Below are positions 19,563 to 29,956 of a DNA stretch of 64,000 nucleotides, piece by piece. The notes under the pieces were generated by a model that was not told the origin of the DNA, searched no databases, and saw nothing but the letters and a program-made list of their open reading frames with translations. Within the stretch, counting starts at the first letter, position 1. Each line of letters starts with the position of its first letter. The DNA comes from Candidatus Omnitrophota bacterium (GTDB lineage Bacteria > Omnitrophota > Omnitrophia > Omnitrophales > Aquincolibacteriaceae), in NCBI GenBank assembly GCA_022711115.1, contig JAKLFP010000002.1, positions 143,674-207,673 on the forward strand. Reading direction: 5' to 3'. The translations under genes and the position numbers were made by a program.

Positions 19563-20941
19563 GATCTCTTCATATCCTTATAAAGACAGACTCGATTGCG
19601 CCCTTCCTCTTTGGCGCGATACATAGCTTCATCAGCCTGTTGGATCAGTTCTGAAGCAATAAGTTTTGTATCCGCTGTTTCCAAATCCGCGAACGAATCT
19701 CCCTCAAAAACCGCGATCCCTTGACTGACAGTCACTTTGGTTTTGTCATTATAGACTTGGAAATCATGGCGCGCGATATTCGAGCGAATACGTTCCGCAA
19801 CTTCTGCTGCATTGGCCACCCTCGTTTCCGGCATTGCAACGATAAACTCTTCTCCGCCATAGCGGCCTACGAGATCCACGCGCCTCAAATTTCGTTTCAG
19901 CAGATCGGCCACCTCTTTGAGCGTTGCATCACCTACAAGGTGTCCGAATTCGTCATTATATCTTTTGAAATGATCGATGTCTAACATTAATACGGTCAGC
20001 GGTAACTTAAACCGTAGACTGCGTTTAAGCTCCTCTTCCAACCGCTCCATAAAATGGTGGCGTACAAAAACCTGCGTCAGCTCGTCAATAATCGAAAGCT
20101 CCCGAACGGTCTCATACAATTTGATTTTTTTGATCAGAAGAACGAGATAAGCGCTCAAGACTTCAACCCTGGCAAGATCTTCCTCTTGAATCCCATGGAT
20201 TGAGAAAACCGCGATCATTTCATTTCCCTCTAAAATCGGAAAAGACCACCCATTGTCACGACGCAACATGGTCTTGGTGTTCTTCATCGCATTGAAGTCC
20301 GCCCGTTCCTGCGCTGCTAGCTCCCGTTCCTCTTCCTGAATACCTTCGGGCAGCATCTCATAGATTTTGACTCGAACCGCCTCGTCTTCCTGTCCAGGCT
20401 TCAAAATCAAAAAAATCCTCATCGTTTGAAATGCAAGTTCCGACTTTAATTTTTTCAGCAAAAATTCCGCAAGCGTTTCAAAATCCATACATTCGCTAAA
20501 ATCCCTAGCAATCTCAAACAGGTTCATGAGACTTCCAACTTGCGTCTCAAGATGACGCAAACTATTCAAACGCATCTGATACTTCCCTTGAAGTGATTCC
20601 AGATTTTTTCGTACATTCTCTTTTCTTTCGTCCGCAATCTTGAAAAAACGTCTCAGTTCCCAGAAGTACGTACAAAACGCAAAAAACAAAGCGCCCTGTA
20701 CCATCAAAAGCATGAACATGCGGGGTTGAGGATGCTGGAATAAAAACCAACCGTGTATCAAAACCATCCCTGCCAAGCAAAGGACAAATAGTAAGTAGAT
20801 TTTTTCTTTCAAAAAATAAAATAGCGGAAAAAGCCAGAGAGGCGAAAGAAGATAATAGACCAGCAAAAGCTCCCGTGCTTGAAAGAAAACGAAAACCGCC
20901 ATCCCCAAAAAGACGGCGAAAATCAGGAGATGCTTACGCAT
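19559..20941 (-). CDS. Membrane-anchored GGDEF diguanylate cyclase
   Basis: N-terminal TM helices plus a sensor region. The GGDEF domain has RYGGEEF and the upstream DxLTGL-type block (DELTQVFVRHHF). Overlaps the next GGDEF gene by 19 nt. Confidence 0.85.
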   Translation of the reverse strand: MRKHLLIFAVFLGMAVFVFFQARELLLVYYLLSPLWLFPLFYFLKEKIYLLFVLCLAGMVLIHGWFLFQHPQPRMFMLLMVQGALFFAFCTYFWELRRFFKIADERKENVRKNLESLQGKYQMRLNSLRHLETQVGSLMNLFEIARDFSECMDFETLAEFLLKKLKSELAFQTMRIFLILKPGQEDEAVRVKIYEMLPEGIQEEERELAAQERADFNAMKNTKTMLRRDNGWSFPILEGNEMIAVFSIHGIQEEDLARVEVLSAYLVLLIKKIKLYETVRELSIIDELTQVFVRHHFMERLEEELKRSLRFKLPLTVLMLDIDHFKRYNDEFGHLVGDATLKEVADLLKRNLRRVDLVGRYGGEEFIVAMPETRVANAAEVAERIRSNIARHDFQVYNDKTKVTVSQGIAVFEGDSFADLETADTKLIASELIQQADEAMYRAKEEGRNRVCLYKDMKRS

Positions 20942-22386
20942 ACGCGGTTCCTTCCTTCACGTTTTGCCCGGTACAGCGCTTGATCGGCTTTTTGAACCAA
21001 AACTTCGAGATCCATCGTGTCATCCGGCAGATTCGCCAATCCAACCGACACAGTCATATTGACCTGTTCCCTGCGGATAAAAAATGACGTCTTCTCAACA
21101 GCCTTGCGGACTTGTTCCGCAACCTTCAACGCCTCGGCTTTTTCCGTTTCAGGAAGAAGGACCGCGAATTCTTCGCCACCATACCGCGCCAAAATCACAT
21201 TCTTCAGATTCTTTTGAAGAATTTCGGAAAACTGCACAAGCATCAGGTCGCCGCCTTGGTGGCCAAAACGATCATTACATTCTTTAAAATGGTCGAGGTC
21301 ACACATAAGAAGCGACATGGTTTTTTTATTAAGAAGCGTACGGCGATGTTCTTCTTTGAGACGGTCAAAAAAATACCGGCGGACAAAAAGTCCTGTCAAT
21401 GCATCTTTAATCGCCAATTCTTCCGTCTTCTCATACAGCATGGCATTAGAAATCGCGGAAGAAGCTAGCGTGGCAATGGCATCAAGAAGACGCAGGTCGT
21501 CATGGCTAAAAACGTTCGGGCGCGTGGCATGAATGGCCAAAGTCCCCATCACACGACCTTCGTGAAAAAGCGGCGCCACAATAAGGCTTCTGATGTTTTC
21601 TTTTTTCTCCACATCGCCCAACACAAAACGAAAATCTTCCTGGCTATCCATCACAATAAGCCGCCGACGATTTTTGATGCACCAAAAATCAAAAATATCT
21701 CCCTGCTTGGCGCTCCAACTGCCTACAGGTCTCATCCGACGTCTTGCAACCACCGGCAATTTTCTCTCTTCAGCGTAGGCAAGCGTTACTTTTGAATAGT
21801 CACCTCGCGGAATGAAATCCATCGAACGATCCACGGTTTTTTGAGCGAGTTCTCCCCAGGAAAGACTTACCGTTAACTCTTCGGCCAGCTTCCTGAGATT
21901 GTAATAAGTGGAGTATTTTTCAAAAAAAGTGCTGATTCCTTCGCCCTTGGCCTTGAATGTGACCTCAAGATTATTCAATTCATCTTGATATTTTTCTTGC
22001 TCGATACCCACCATGGCAATATGGGTCTCAAAGTATTGCTCCACGCGATAAAGGATGACAAGAATCCCGCCATAGACAAGAAAAGACCAGAAAAAAACAG
22101 GAAATTTTGTAATTGAAACAATAAAAAGGACCATCGGGATAAGAAATCCCAGAATCAGGATATTCACCCCAATCCACTTAAACCGCCACCAGGTCGTAAA
22201 AACAGGCAGGGCAAAAGCCACTAGACAAAGCGCCATGCGGTGAAGGTATATCTCCGGAATCACAGAATCCCCAAGATGAGAGAGAGAGTAAACGATAAGA
22301 TAGGTGAGGAGAAAAATCAAACCGACGCCTACCGCAAAAGCAATCTGACGTCGGGTTCGGGAGCCCATAGTCCAGGTCATCTGCAC
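20923..22386 (-). CDS. Membrane-anchored GGDEF diguanylate cyclase with a GAF-like sensor. Track start GTG at 22386; ATG at 22380
   Basis: DALTGLFVRRYF...RYGGEEFAVLL...YRAKREGRNRV. N-terminal TM segments. Confidence 0.85.
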   Translation of the reverse strand: MQMTWTMGSRTRRQIAFAVGVGLIFLLTYLIVYSLSHLGDSVIPEIYLHRMALCLVAFALPVFTTWWRFKWIGVNILILGFLIPMVLFIVSITKFPVFFWSFLVYGGILVILYRVEQYFETHIAMVGIEQEKYQDELNNLEVTFKAKGEGISTFFEKYSTYYNLRKLAEELTVSLSWGELAQKTVDRSMDFIPRGDYSKVTLAYAEERKLPVVARRRMRPVGSWSAKQGDIFDFWCIKNRRRLIVMDSQEDFRFVLGDVEKKENIRSLIVAPLFHEGRVMGTLAIHATRPNVFSHDDLRLLDAIATLASSAISNAMLYEKTEELAIKDALTGLFVRRYFFDRLKEEHRRTLLNKKTMSLLMCDLDHFKECNDRFGHQGGDLMLVQFSEILQKNLKNVILARYGGEEFAVLLPETEKAEALKVAEQVRKAVEKTSFFIRREQVNMTVSVGLANLPDDTMDLEVLVQKADQALYRAKREGRNRVCVSIS

Positions 22387-23492
22387 TACGAAATTGCAAT
22401 ACCCGTGAGAGGATCGAAGAAATGTGCCTTGCTCATATCAAAAACCACCTGCAGATCCTGGTTCATGGTGGCCGTATCTTGATTGGAAACCCGCACTACA
22501 AAGTTATTGCTGCCGGAAGTGACATACAAATAGATTTCAGAACCCATCGGCTCCACCACATCTACCGTAGCGGTGATAGTGAACTCTGGCCTCGCGTCCT
22601 GCGCGAAAATTTTATCGTAGATGTCTTCGGGGCGAATCCCCATCGTAATGGTTTGCCCTTTAAATTGGGCAATTCGGGAATAAAAATGAGGCAAAATGCG
22701 CAGTTTAATATTGCGATCGCTAAAGAAATAGTCGCCGTCCTCAGCAAGAATGGTGCCCTTCAGGAAGTTCATTGGTGGAGAACCGATAAAACCGGCCACA
22801 AATTTATTGTTTGGCCTTTCATAAAGATTCACGGGATCGGCCACCTGTTGGACAATGCCGTGATGCATGACTACAATGCGATCTCCAAGCGTCAAAGCTT
22901 CCACTTGGTCATGGGTCACATAGATCATGGTCGATTGCAACCGGTTGTGAAGTTTTTGAAGTTCCATGCGCATCTGAACGCGTAATTTCGCGTCAAGATT
23001 GCTGAGAGGCTCATCGAAAAGAAACACTTTCGGCTTGCGGACAATCGCGCGCCCAACCGCAACACGTTGCCGCTCCCCTCCGGAGAGCTCTTTCGGACGG
23101 CGCTTGAGCATTTCTAAAGTAAGCCCCAGGATCTCCGCAGCCTCATGAACACGTCGCTCGATCTCTTTAGCCGGATAGCGGCGCAATTTTAATCCGAACG
23201 CTAGATTTTCATACACCGTCATGTGCGGGTAAAGTGCATAATTCTGAAAAACCATGGCGATATCGCGATTCTTGGCAGGCACATCATTGACAAGCACGTC
23301 TTCGATGAAAATCTCACCTTGGGAAATATCTTCCAGACCGGCAATCATCCGCAACGTGGTTGACTTGCCACAACCGGAAGGTCCGACAAGGACTACAAAT
23401 TCGCGGTCATGGATTTCGAGATTGACATTATTAACGGCGCGGACATCATCTTTGTAGATCTTCGAAAGGTTCTTCAGTGAAACATTCGCCAC
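22386..23492 (-). CDS. ABC transporter ATP-binding protein, MalK/UgpC/MsmK family, with a C-terminal TOBE regulatory domain. GTG start
   Basis: Walker A GPSGCGKST, signature LSGGERQRVA, Walker B LFDEPLSNLD, H-loop VTHDQ, and a MalK-type C-terminal domain. No permease or binding protein is adjacent. Confidence 0.9.
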   Translation of the reverse strand: MANVSLKNLSKIYKDDVRAVNNVNLEIHDREFVVLVGPSGCGKSTTLRMIAGLEDISQGEIFIEDVLVNDVPAKNRDIAMVFQNYALYPHMTVYENLAFGLKLRRYPAKEIERRVHEAAEILGLTLEMLKRRPKELSGGERQRVAVGRAIVRKPKVFLFDEPLSNLDAKLRVQMRMELQKLHNRLQSTMIYVTHDQVEALTLGDRIVVMHHGIVQQVADPVNLYERPNNKFVAGFIGSPPMNFLKGTILAEDGDYFFSDRNIKLRILPHFYSRIAQFKGQTITMGIRPEDIYDKIFAQDARPEFTITATVDVVEPMGSEIYLYVTSGSNNFVVRVSNQDTATMNQDLQVVFDMSKAHFFDPLTGIAIS

Positions 23493-23515
23493 TTGGCTGA
23501 TCCCCTTTTAGGCCT

Positions 23516-24352
23516 TCATGCAAGATATTCGAGCAAAAGCCCGAGCTTTTGTTTCAAATTTTTCCGTTCGACCACCATGTCCACAAAACCATGCTCCATC
23601 AAAAACTCGGAAGTCTGGAAATCTTCGGGAAGTTTTTGCCGGATGGTCTGCTCGATCACGCGAGGCCCCGCAAAGCCCAAAAGAGCATGCGGTTCCGCAA
23701 TGATTAAATCCCCCAACGATGCAAAACTTGCCATGACACCACCCATCGTCGGATTGGTAAGAACCGAAATAAAAGGAAGTTTCTCTTTCTGAAAACGATT
23801 CAACACCACCGAAGTCTTGGCCATTTGCATCAGGCTGAGGGCCCCCTCATACATGCGGGCACCACCGCCGGAACCAGAGACAATAATCAGCGGAAGTTTT
23901 TTCTCCAAGGCATATTCAACAAGCCTTGTGATTTTTTCTCCGACCACGGAACCCATCGAACCCATGATGAATCGGGAGTCGGTCACTCCCAGGGCACAGC
24001 CTTTGTTTTCAATTTTCGCTTCACCCGTGACACAGGCTTCTTTGAGGCCTGTTCTTTTCTGATCTTGCTTGATCTTCTCTCGATAAGATTTGACTGCGGA
24101 AAATTTAAGAGGATCTTCGGAAACCAGGTCGGCGTTGATCTCCACAAAAGACCCTTCATCGACAAGATGGCGGATACGCTCCCAAGCCCCCATGATAAAA
24201 TGATAAGAGCACTTCGTACAGACCAGAAGGTTCTCTTTAAGAGTCTTATTGAACATCACCGTCTGACAATTCGGACATTTGGTCCAAAGTCCAGCAGGCA
24301 TGTTTTTCTTTTTAAGACCCTTCGTTGTCAAAAGGGCTGGTGCTTGCGCCAT
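23516..24352 (-). CDS. accD: Acetyl-CoA carboxylase carboxyltransferase beta subunit
   Basis: N-terminal Zn ribbon CPNCQ...CTKC followed by the carboxyltransferase domain (GGARMYEG, SVLTNPTMGGV). Confidence 0.9.
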   Translation of the reverse strand: MAQAPALLTTKGLKKKNMPAGLWTKCPNCQTVMFNKTLKENLLVCTKCSYHFIMGAWERIRHLVDEGSFVEINADLVSEDPLKFSAVKSYREKIKQDQKRTGLKEACVTGEAKIENKGCALGVTDSRFIMGSMGSVVGEKITRLVEYALEKKLPLIIVSGSGGGARMYEGALSLMQMAKTSVVLNRFQKEKLPFISVLTNPTMGGVMASFASLGDLIIAEPHALLGFAGPRVIEQTIRQKLPEDFQTSEFLMEHGFVDMVVERKNLKQKLGLLLEYLA

Positions 24353-24570
24353 CAAAATACATCCCTCTCAAAACCGATATAGTCATCATCGGTTGATGAA
24401 AAAAAACCACGAGTGAATATCTCTCGGAATCCTTTCCCGTGGTAGGCATTTTTTATTTGTAACACGCAACCATTATAAAAAATTAGCGCGGTGTGTCAAT
24501 TTCTTTCTTCCCTGTAAGTATCGAAATCTCCTGACTTTACAACATTTTTTTTGCATGGTATGTTCTTTAT

Positions 24571-26001
24571 ATGGATCCCAAGCTCAATCAAACACAATCT
24601 CAGAAAATGCAGCTTTCACCGCAAATGCGCGAGTACCTGAGACTTCTTCATTTACCGATCGCCGACCTGCGTCTTGCTGTCGAAGAGGCGTTGGAGGCCA
24701 ACCCGATGTTGGAGGAAGTTTCGCGATCCGTCGAGATTGAATATCCGGACGTAACCGCCTCAAAACCAAAGGACATCGAGGATGATAGCGGAGACGGAGA
24801 AGCTCTTTCCGGCGATTGGACTGATAAAGAGCCGCTTTTATTTCCTAAGACACCGATTGACCTTTCCCGGCGAAATGCGGATGACCTTCAAAAAATCAAG
24901 GACTTCCAAGAGACTCTCATCACAAGACCCGAGAGTCTTTTTGATTATCTTGAATGGCAGCTCCATTTTTTAGATCTCGATGAGAAGCAAAAAAAAATAG
25001 CCGAACAAATCATCGGCAATATCGACCAGGATGGCTACCTGAAAGTTTCTCTGGAAGAAATTGCTTCGGAAGCAAAATCGACTATCCCCGAGGCACAAGA
25101 CATTCTCGACAAGATCCAGAAGCTGGATCCCCCAGGAATCGGCGCCCGCGATCTCCGGGAAGCACTTTTGATCCAGCTTCAACGGCACAAGACCGGAACA
25201 ACGCTTGCGAAAGAAATTGTCCAAGATCATCTCGGATTAATCGCCAAAAGAGATTTCAGAATTCTTTCAAAAATCTTCAATGCCAGCGAAGAAGAAATTA
25301 AAAGGGCCGTCAGTCTTATTTCAAGACTCGAGCCGAAACCTGGGCGAAGCTTTTACGTTGAAGAACCTATCGCAGTCACTCCCGACGCGACGATCTCGAT
25401 CAAGGACGGTACGGAAGAAGGCCTCGAGATCGAAATCCATAATGAACTCATTCCAGAGATCCGCATTAATCACGAGTATCGAAGTTTGATGCGCGATAAA
25501 AACACCGACAATAAAACAAAAGAGTTCCTTCGGACTCGGCTCGCAAGCGGTGTCGATTTCTTAAAGGCGTTGGAACTGAGAAAATCCACCTTACGTTCCA
25601 TCACGGAAGAAATCGTACGAGCTCAACCGCTTTTTTTTACACGAGGTTTCTCGCAGCTACGTCCACTGCGACTTAAAGATATTGCCGAACGCCTTGGGCT
25701 CCATGAATCAACCATCAGCCGAGCCATTCATGCCAAGTACTTGAAAACACCGCAGGGCACTATTCCCTATAAAAGCTTTTTTTCGCAAAAAATAGAGACG
25801 GAAGATGGCGAGAGCGAATCTCAAAAAAGCATCCTGGAGCGGATTCGAATGCTCCTCGAAAAGGAAAATGCCAAAAAACCTTGGAGTGATCAAGCCATTG
25901 TAAGATTGTTAAAAGAGGAAGGGATCCCTATTGCAAGGCGAACGGTCACAAAATACCGAGAACTGCTCAAGATACCTCCCTCCCACCTGCGCCGCAACTA
26001 A
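24571..26001 (+). CDS. rpoN: RNA polymerase sigma-54 factor
   Basis: Gln/Leu-rich N-terminus (LSPQMREYLRLLHLP), a core-binding region, the C-terminal HTH, and the RpoN box ARRTVTKYRE. Confidence 0.9.
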   Translation: MDPKLNQTQSQKMQLSPQMREYLRLLHLPIADLRLAVEEALEANPMLEEVSRSVEIEYPDVTASKPKDIEDDSGDGEALSGDWTDKEPLLFPKTPIDLSRRNADDLQKIKDFQETLITRPESLFDYLEWQLHFLDLDEKQKKIAEQIIGNIDQDGYLKVSLEEIASEAKSTIPEAQDILDKIQKLDPPGIGARDLREALLIQLQRHKTGTTLAKEIVQDHLGLIAKRDFRILSKIFNASEEEIKRAVSLISRLEPKPGRSFYVEEPIAVTPDATISIKDGTEEGLEIEIHNELIPEIRINHEYRSLMRDKNTDNKTKEFLRTRLASGVDFLKALELRKSTLRSITEEIVRAQPLFFTRGFSQLRPLRLKDIAERLGLHESTISRAIHAKYLKTPQGTIPYKSFFSQKIETEDGESESQKSILERIRMLLEKENAKKPWSDQAIVRLLKEEGIPIARRTVTKYRELLKIPPSHLRRN

Positions 26002-26038
26002 AAGCATTCCACGCTTCGCAGCAAGTTCACACGAGGTT

Positions 26039-26722
26039 TCATCGTGACCTCATCTTCCAAAGACGTATGAGACGTATCTGCTGCGGGTCATTCATCCTAT
26101 CAATCAGCAGTTGCGCATCCCGTTCGAAGAACTTCGAAGTCTCATCGCCGCCGAAATCTTTCATTTTTAATTTTAAAGACGAAAGTATCATGTTGGTCTT
26201 ATAGGAGGCAATCACAAGTTTTCTGACTCGATCCTCGAAATATCGGATCTGGATATTTTTTTCGTCGGGAGAATTTGTCTTTTCGAAAACAAGGATCAAG
26301 TATTCATCCGGAAAATTCTCAATACGCTGTTTGTACTCACTCACTTTAGGCGAAGAAAAATAAATGGAGGCGGGCATACTCAAATACCGGAGATCATCGC
26401 TTTCACGAAATATCCTGTAGACCGTAACACGAATTCCAGGCACGCGAACAGCTAGCTCGGCAGTCACATCATCTCCGATCCGAACTCCGACCGCATAGAC
26501 GCTGAAGAAATGATCACCTCGAAGTTTATTGTTCCGATTGACCAGAATCCTCAAGGGACGAGTGCCAAGACCGGATAGATCCTGCACCGTCACATGAGCT
26601 GGTTTGCCATTCAAGAAAATTCTCGGTGTGTCCGAATCCGCCTCAAACGCCAAGGACGAACTTGAGACAATAACCAGCAAAAAAAATAGGAAAGAAATAC
26701 TGCCTGAAATTTTTTTAAACAT
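26039..26722 (-). CDS. Hypothetical secreted protein
   Basis: Signal peptide MFKKISGSISFLFFLLVIVSSSSLA. I recognise no motif. Confidence 0.4.
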   Translation of the reverse strand: MFKKISGSISFLFFLLVIVSSSSLAFEADSDTPRIFLNGKPAHVTVQDLSGLGTRPLRILVNRNNKLRGDHFFSVYAVGVRIGDDVTAELAVRVPGIRVTVYRIFRESDDLRYLSMPASIYFSSPKVSEYKQRIENFPDEYLILVFEKTNSPDEKNIQIRYFEDRVRKLVIASYKTNMILSSLKLKMKDFGGDETSKFFERDAQLLIDRMNDPQQIRLIRLWKMRSR

Positions 26723-26786
26723 AGTTTATTTTAAATTAATGAAGATTAAAAAACATCACAAACCGCCCGATATGGAAATGATCGAT

Positions 26787-27363
26787 TTACACTTTGCCTT
26801 GAGGTCTTTGATCTATTTCGCTCAAAATCTCCTGAAAAGTAAGTTGTTTAGGGACACCTGTCGTTGAAGTGGATACCGCGGTATGAGTATAATGCTCATC
26901 GCCTGGTTTCACATGCATCTCATACGCAACTGTGCCCGCAGTCCCGACAGCAATGGCCACTCCGGTTGCACCGTAGAACCCCGCACCGCCCGTGGCACCC
27001 GTCGACGCTGCCGCCGCAGGCAATGCCGCTGCGGCCACCATACTTCCGGCTACCCCAAGTGTTGCGATCGTCGCGGCAAACACATAAACCTTGGTCCGAT
27101 CGCTGACCGGACCATCATAAGGGATGCCCTTTGCATAAGCATCCAGCATTTTATAATCCGGACGCACCTCCCGCTTGACAAAACCTTTGAAAGGATCCGC
27201 GGGATTGTTTTCAGATCGAATACTTACAAACGGTTTGCCGGTTTGAGGATGCTCGCGGATAAAAACATCCGCCATCGGTTTTCGCATGGCTTCATTTTCC
27301 ATTCCAAAAGAAAAACCATGAAACGAAAGAAGACATATGACAATTGCGGTTATCTTTTTCATG
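26787..27363 (-). CDS. Putative glycine-zipper (Gly/Ala-rich) outer-membrane lipoprotein or secreted protein. ATG at 27363 preceded by a GGGAGG Shine-Dalgarno
   Basis: Signal peptide MKKITAIVICLLSFHGFSFG. The central segment ATLGVAGSMVAAAALPAAAASTGATGGAGFYGATGVAIAVGTAG resembles glycine-zipper 2TM domains. Confidence 0.4.
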
Positions 27364-27982
27364 CCTTTCCTCCCTGCCAACGATTGCTGCGAATCGCATC
27401 CTGAATGTGGAGGATCATGGTTTCAACGTTGTTTTCAAGCGAAGCATTTAAATTGATCTGAGGTCCTCCTTTTTTAGCAAAAACCCGCCGTGCGTCACTC
27501 GATCCTGTATTTTGGAACCGATCCATCAAATTTAAGTTCTGGTCAAAAACTAGGGTTTCCGTTTCAAATGACAGTGCCTGACCTTTCAAGGTGACGTCAT
27601 TCAAAAATGCCCTGGGTCTGATATAAACAAGATAGGGCACAGCGTATCTCGAAAGTATTTCTTGAGAAGGCTCGTTCTCGATGAGAATAAATTCGCTGAA
27701 TCCCTGCTGGAATCCTTCGATAAGGATCGGAATGTACGCCTCTCCAATGTGATAAGTTTGCGGGTCGGCAAAACGGCCGCCTTTATTTTTAGAGATAAGA
27801 CCGGGCAGAGAGGGATCCAAATAGACTGCCAACCGCTGATTCTGCGTTTGCACGTGTGTATAGAAGCGCTGTGAAAGGACGGCTGGGGCGTGGATATCCC
27901 AACCAAACAATGTCGCGCATCCCGAAAAGGCCAAACACGCGAATACCGCCACACAAGATTGTCGCCAAAAAAGAATCCTCAT
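27359..27982 (-). CDS. Hypothetical lipoprotein. ATG at 27982; lipobox LAFSGC
   Basis: MRILFWRQSCVAVFACLAFSGCATLF is a typical signal peptidase II substrate. The rest has no recognisable motif. Confidence 0.4.
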   Translation of the reverse strand: MRILFWRQSCVAVFACLAFSGCATLFGWDIHAPAVLSQRFYTHVQTQNQRLAVYLDPSLPGLISKNKGGRFADPQTYHIGEAYIPILIEGFQQGFSEFILIENEPSQEILSRYAVPYLVYIRPRAFLNDVTLKGQALSFETETLVFDQNLNLMDRFQNTGSSDARRVFAKKGGPQINLNASLENNVETMILHIQDAIRSNRWQGGKA

Positions 27983-28172
27983 CGCTTTTATTTTATCATG
28001 AAAACAACTCGTCAACGACTCGAAGAATAACCGACAGACCATCAAGGCCTCCAACTTATTAAAAATTAAAATGTATCCGGCATTTAAATCTATTTCAATT
28101 TTTATTGATTTCCATTAGTCTGTTATCAAATTCTTGGTCATTCAGCAGCCAGAAAGTCACATACACCAATCA

Positions 28173-29720
28173 ATGAAACTTAGCATCCCGAGCACGATCA
28201 GTTTAACATCCCGAAACCCTTCGGCGTTAATTTTCAGAGCGTCTTTGATTTTTTTTCTAATCATCAATGCCATTTTTTTACGGTTTAACTTTTTATCTTT
28301 TTTTGAACCGATGGACTCGGGAGGATTTCAGGCCCTCGCCTACAGGCTTCTGGAACACCAGAAACCCTACGTCGATTTTCTTTATCACAGCGGCCCTGTG
28401 TTTCCTCTGACCATGGCATTATTTATGACCCTTTTCGGGTTCGGGAAAGCTGCTATTTTCGCCCATTTATTATTCACAAGTTCTGCTTACATTCTTTTTA
28501 CCTATTGGATCGCAAAAAAATTCCTTCCCCCTGCATTTGTTTTCTTTATCTTGCTTGTCACCACGGTTTCTTTCCACTGGTTCTATCCTTTTCCCAATTT
28601 CGGAACGGATGCCCTGCTGTGGAGTCTTATCGGAGTTTGGTTTTTATTACGTGCGGAACCTTTTAAAAATCCTTCGAGTGCCTTTGTGCATCATTTCGGA
28701 TGTGCGCTCTCCGGAGTTTTAGCTTGTTTTACGAAATATAATTTGGGCCTTCCTTTTGTGTTGTTTTTCTTTATCGTCTCTTTCTTTTCATCTTTCCGTC
28801 CCGCCGCCTTGCTCGGGTTCCTGCTCGGTATGTTTTTAACCGTCTTCCTTTTGCGTATTTTCTTAATACCGGACTTTCACGCATTCCTTTTTGGCAACCT
28901 TCTGCCTTACACCATCACCCAAAGCAATCGTATCGCGGACATTTTAAAACCCCAGACGCTCATGATTCACGCATACTTTCCTGTGCTCCTTGTAACCCTT
29001 TTTTATATTTTTCCGCACACAAAACAATTTCTCAAATTAACCGTTCTCCTAACGCTAAGCACTTTAGGCGCCATTATCTTTTTCTCTACGAATTCCGCCC
29101 ATTTTTTTTCAAATGTGCCACTCCTCCTGGGATTCATTCTTATCTGCCAAACATACGGGAGTGATCAGAACTCTGAGATGAGAACAGGTCTTCGACAATT
29201 CAAGTATGGTTTGGCAGCTTTGTTTGTATTAGGGATATCCGTCATGGCATATTTTTCGGCCTTTACTCTCGCTCTTTTAAAAGATTACCATCGCCAAAAT
29301 ACCTATAAACTTCAGACCGAACCCCTAAAGGGATGGTCGAGTCCCTCTTCCTGGGGGCCGGCCCTTGATCATCTCGTCCCTCTCATTCGCCAGCAGATAC
29401 CTAAGACCGATTCGATGGCTGTTTTAACTGAAATGGAAATTCTTTATCCATTGACAGGTCATAAGAGCTTCAAAGGGCTTCCCCTGAATTTTTTTATGCC
29501 GCACCTGGAAAGATCCGAAAAAACTCAATCTGACATCCGAAATGCGATTATTCTGAACCCGCCTGACTGGATTATTACGGAAAACCGACATTATCCCCTT
29601 TTCCCCTTTAACGTCATCGTCCATATCACAGGTCTGGATAATTTTCTTCTCCAAAACTACAGAACTGTTCACACATTTGGTTATTATGTTGTGTTAAAAA
29701 AAATCAATCATCAAATCTAA
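28173..29720 (+). CDS. Polytopic membrane protein, probably a fourth GT-C (ArnT/PMT-like) glycosyltransferase. ATG at 28173; the track start at 28134 is TTG
   Basis: At least 12 hydrophobic helices. The first loop MDSGGFQALAYRLLEHQKPYV fits the GT-C D..Y...A..LL..KP pattern. A soluble C-terminal domain follows. Confidence 0.4.
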   Translation: MKLSIPSTISLTSRNPSALIFRASLIFFLIINAIFLRFNFLSFFEPMDSGGFQALAYRLLEHQKPYVDFLYHSGPVFPLTMALFMTLFGFGKAAIFAHLLFTSSAYILFTYWIAKKFLPPAFVFFILLVTTVSFHWFYPFPNFGTDALLWSLIGVWFLLRAEPFKNPSSAFVHHFGCALSGVLACFTKYNLGLPFVLFFFIVSFFSSFRPAALLGFLLGMFLTVFLLRIFLIPDFHAFLFGNLLPYTITQSNRIADILKPQTLMIHAYFPVLLVTLFYIFPHTKQFLKLTVLLTLSTLGAIIFFSTNSAHFFSNVPLLLGFILICQTYGSDQNSEMRTGLRQFKYGLAALFVLGISVMAYFSAFTLALLKDYHRQNTYKLQTEPLKGWSSPSSWGPALDHLVPLIRQQIPKTDSMAVLTEMEILYPLTGHKSFKGLPLNFFMPHLERSEKTQSDIRNAIILNPPDWIITENRHYPLFPFNVIVHITGLDNFLLQNYRTVHTFGYYVVLKKINHQI

Positions 29721-29835
29721 TTTGTTATCCCACCAAATAAGTTTCTCAATGGAGAATAGTTCTGTCAGAAAAAATGCTGAGTGCTTTTGGAAATTTTTGT
29801 ATCTGGAGGATTGTTTTGAGAAATAGCGGAAAACA

Positions 29836-29908
<73 letters not shown>

Positions 29909-29956
29909 ATGAGGGAATTATAGCACTATTGCTATGCAAAATACGACAAGGTCTAC

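Noticed and set aside
24356-24570. A search for a sigma-54 (-24 TGGCAC / -12 TTGCW) or canonical sigma-70 promoter in the accD/rpoN divergent intergenic region and upstream of the giant gene (58000-58178)
   Set aside because: No convincing GG-N10-GC spaced match was found by eye. There are only weak TTGACA-like hexamers (e.g. near 58060). Promoter calls would be speculative without a scan.
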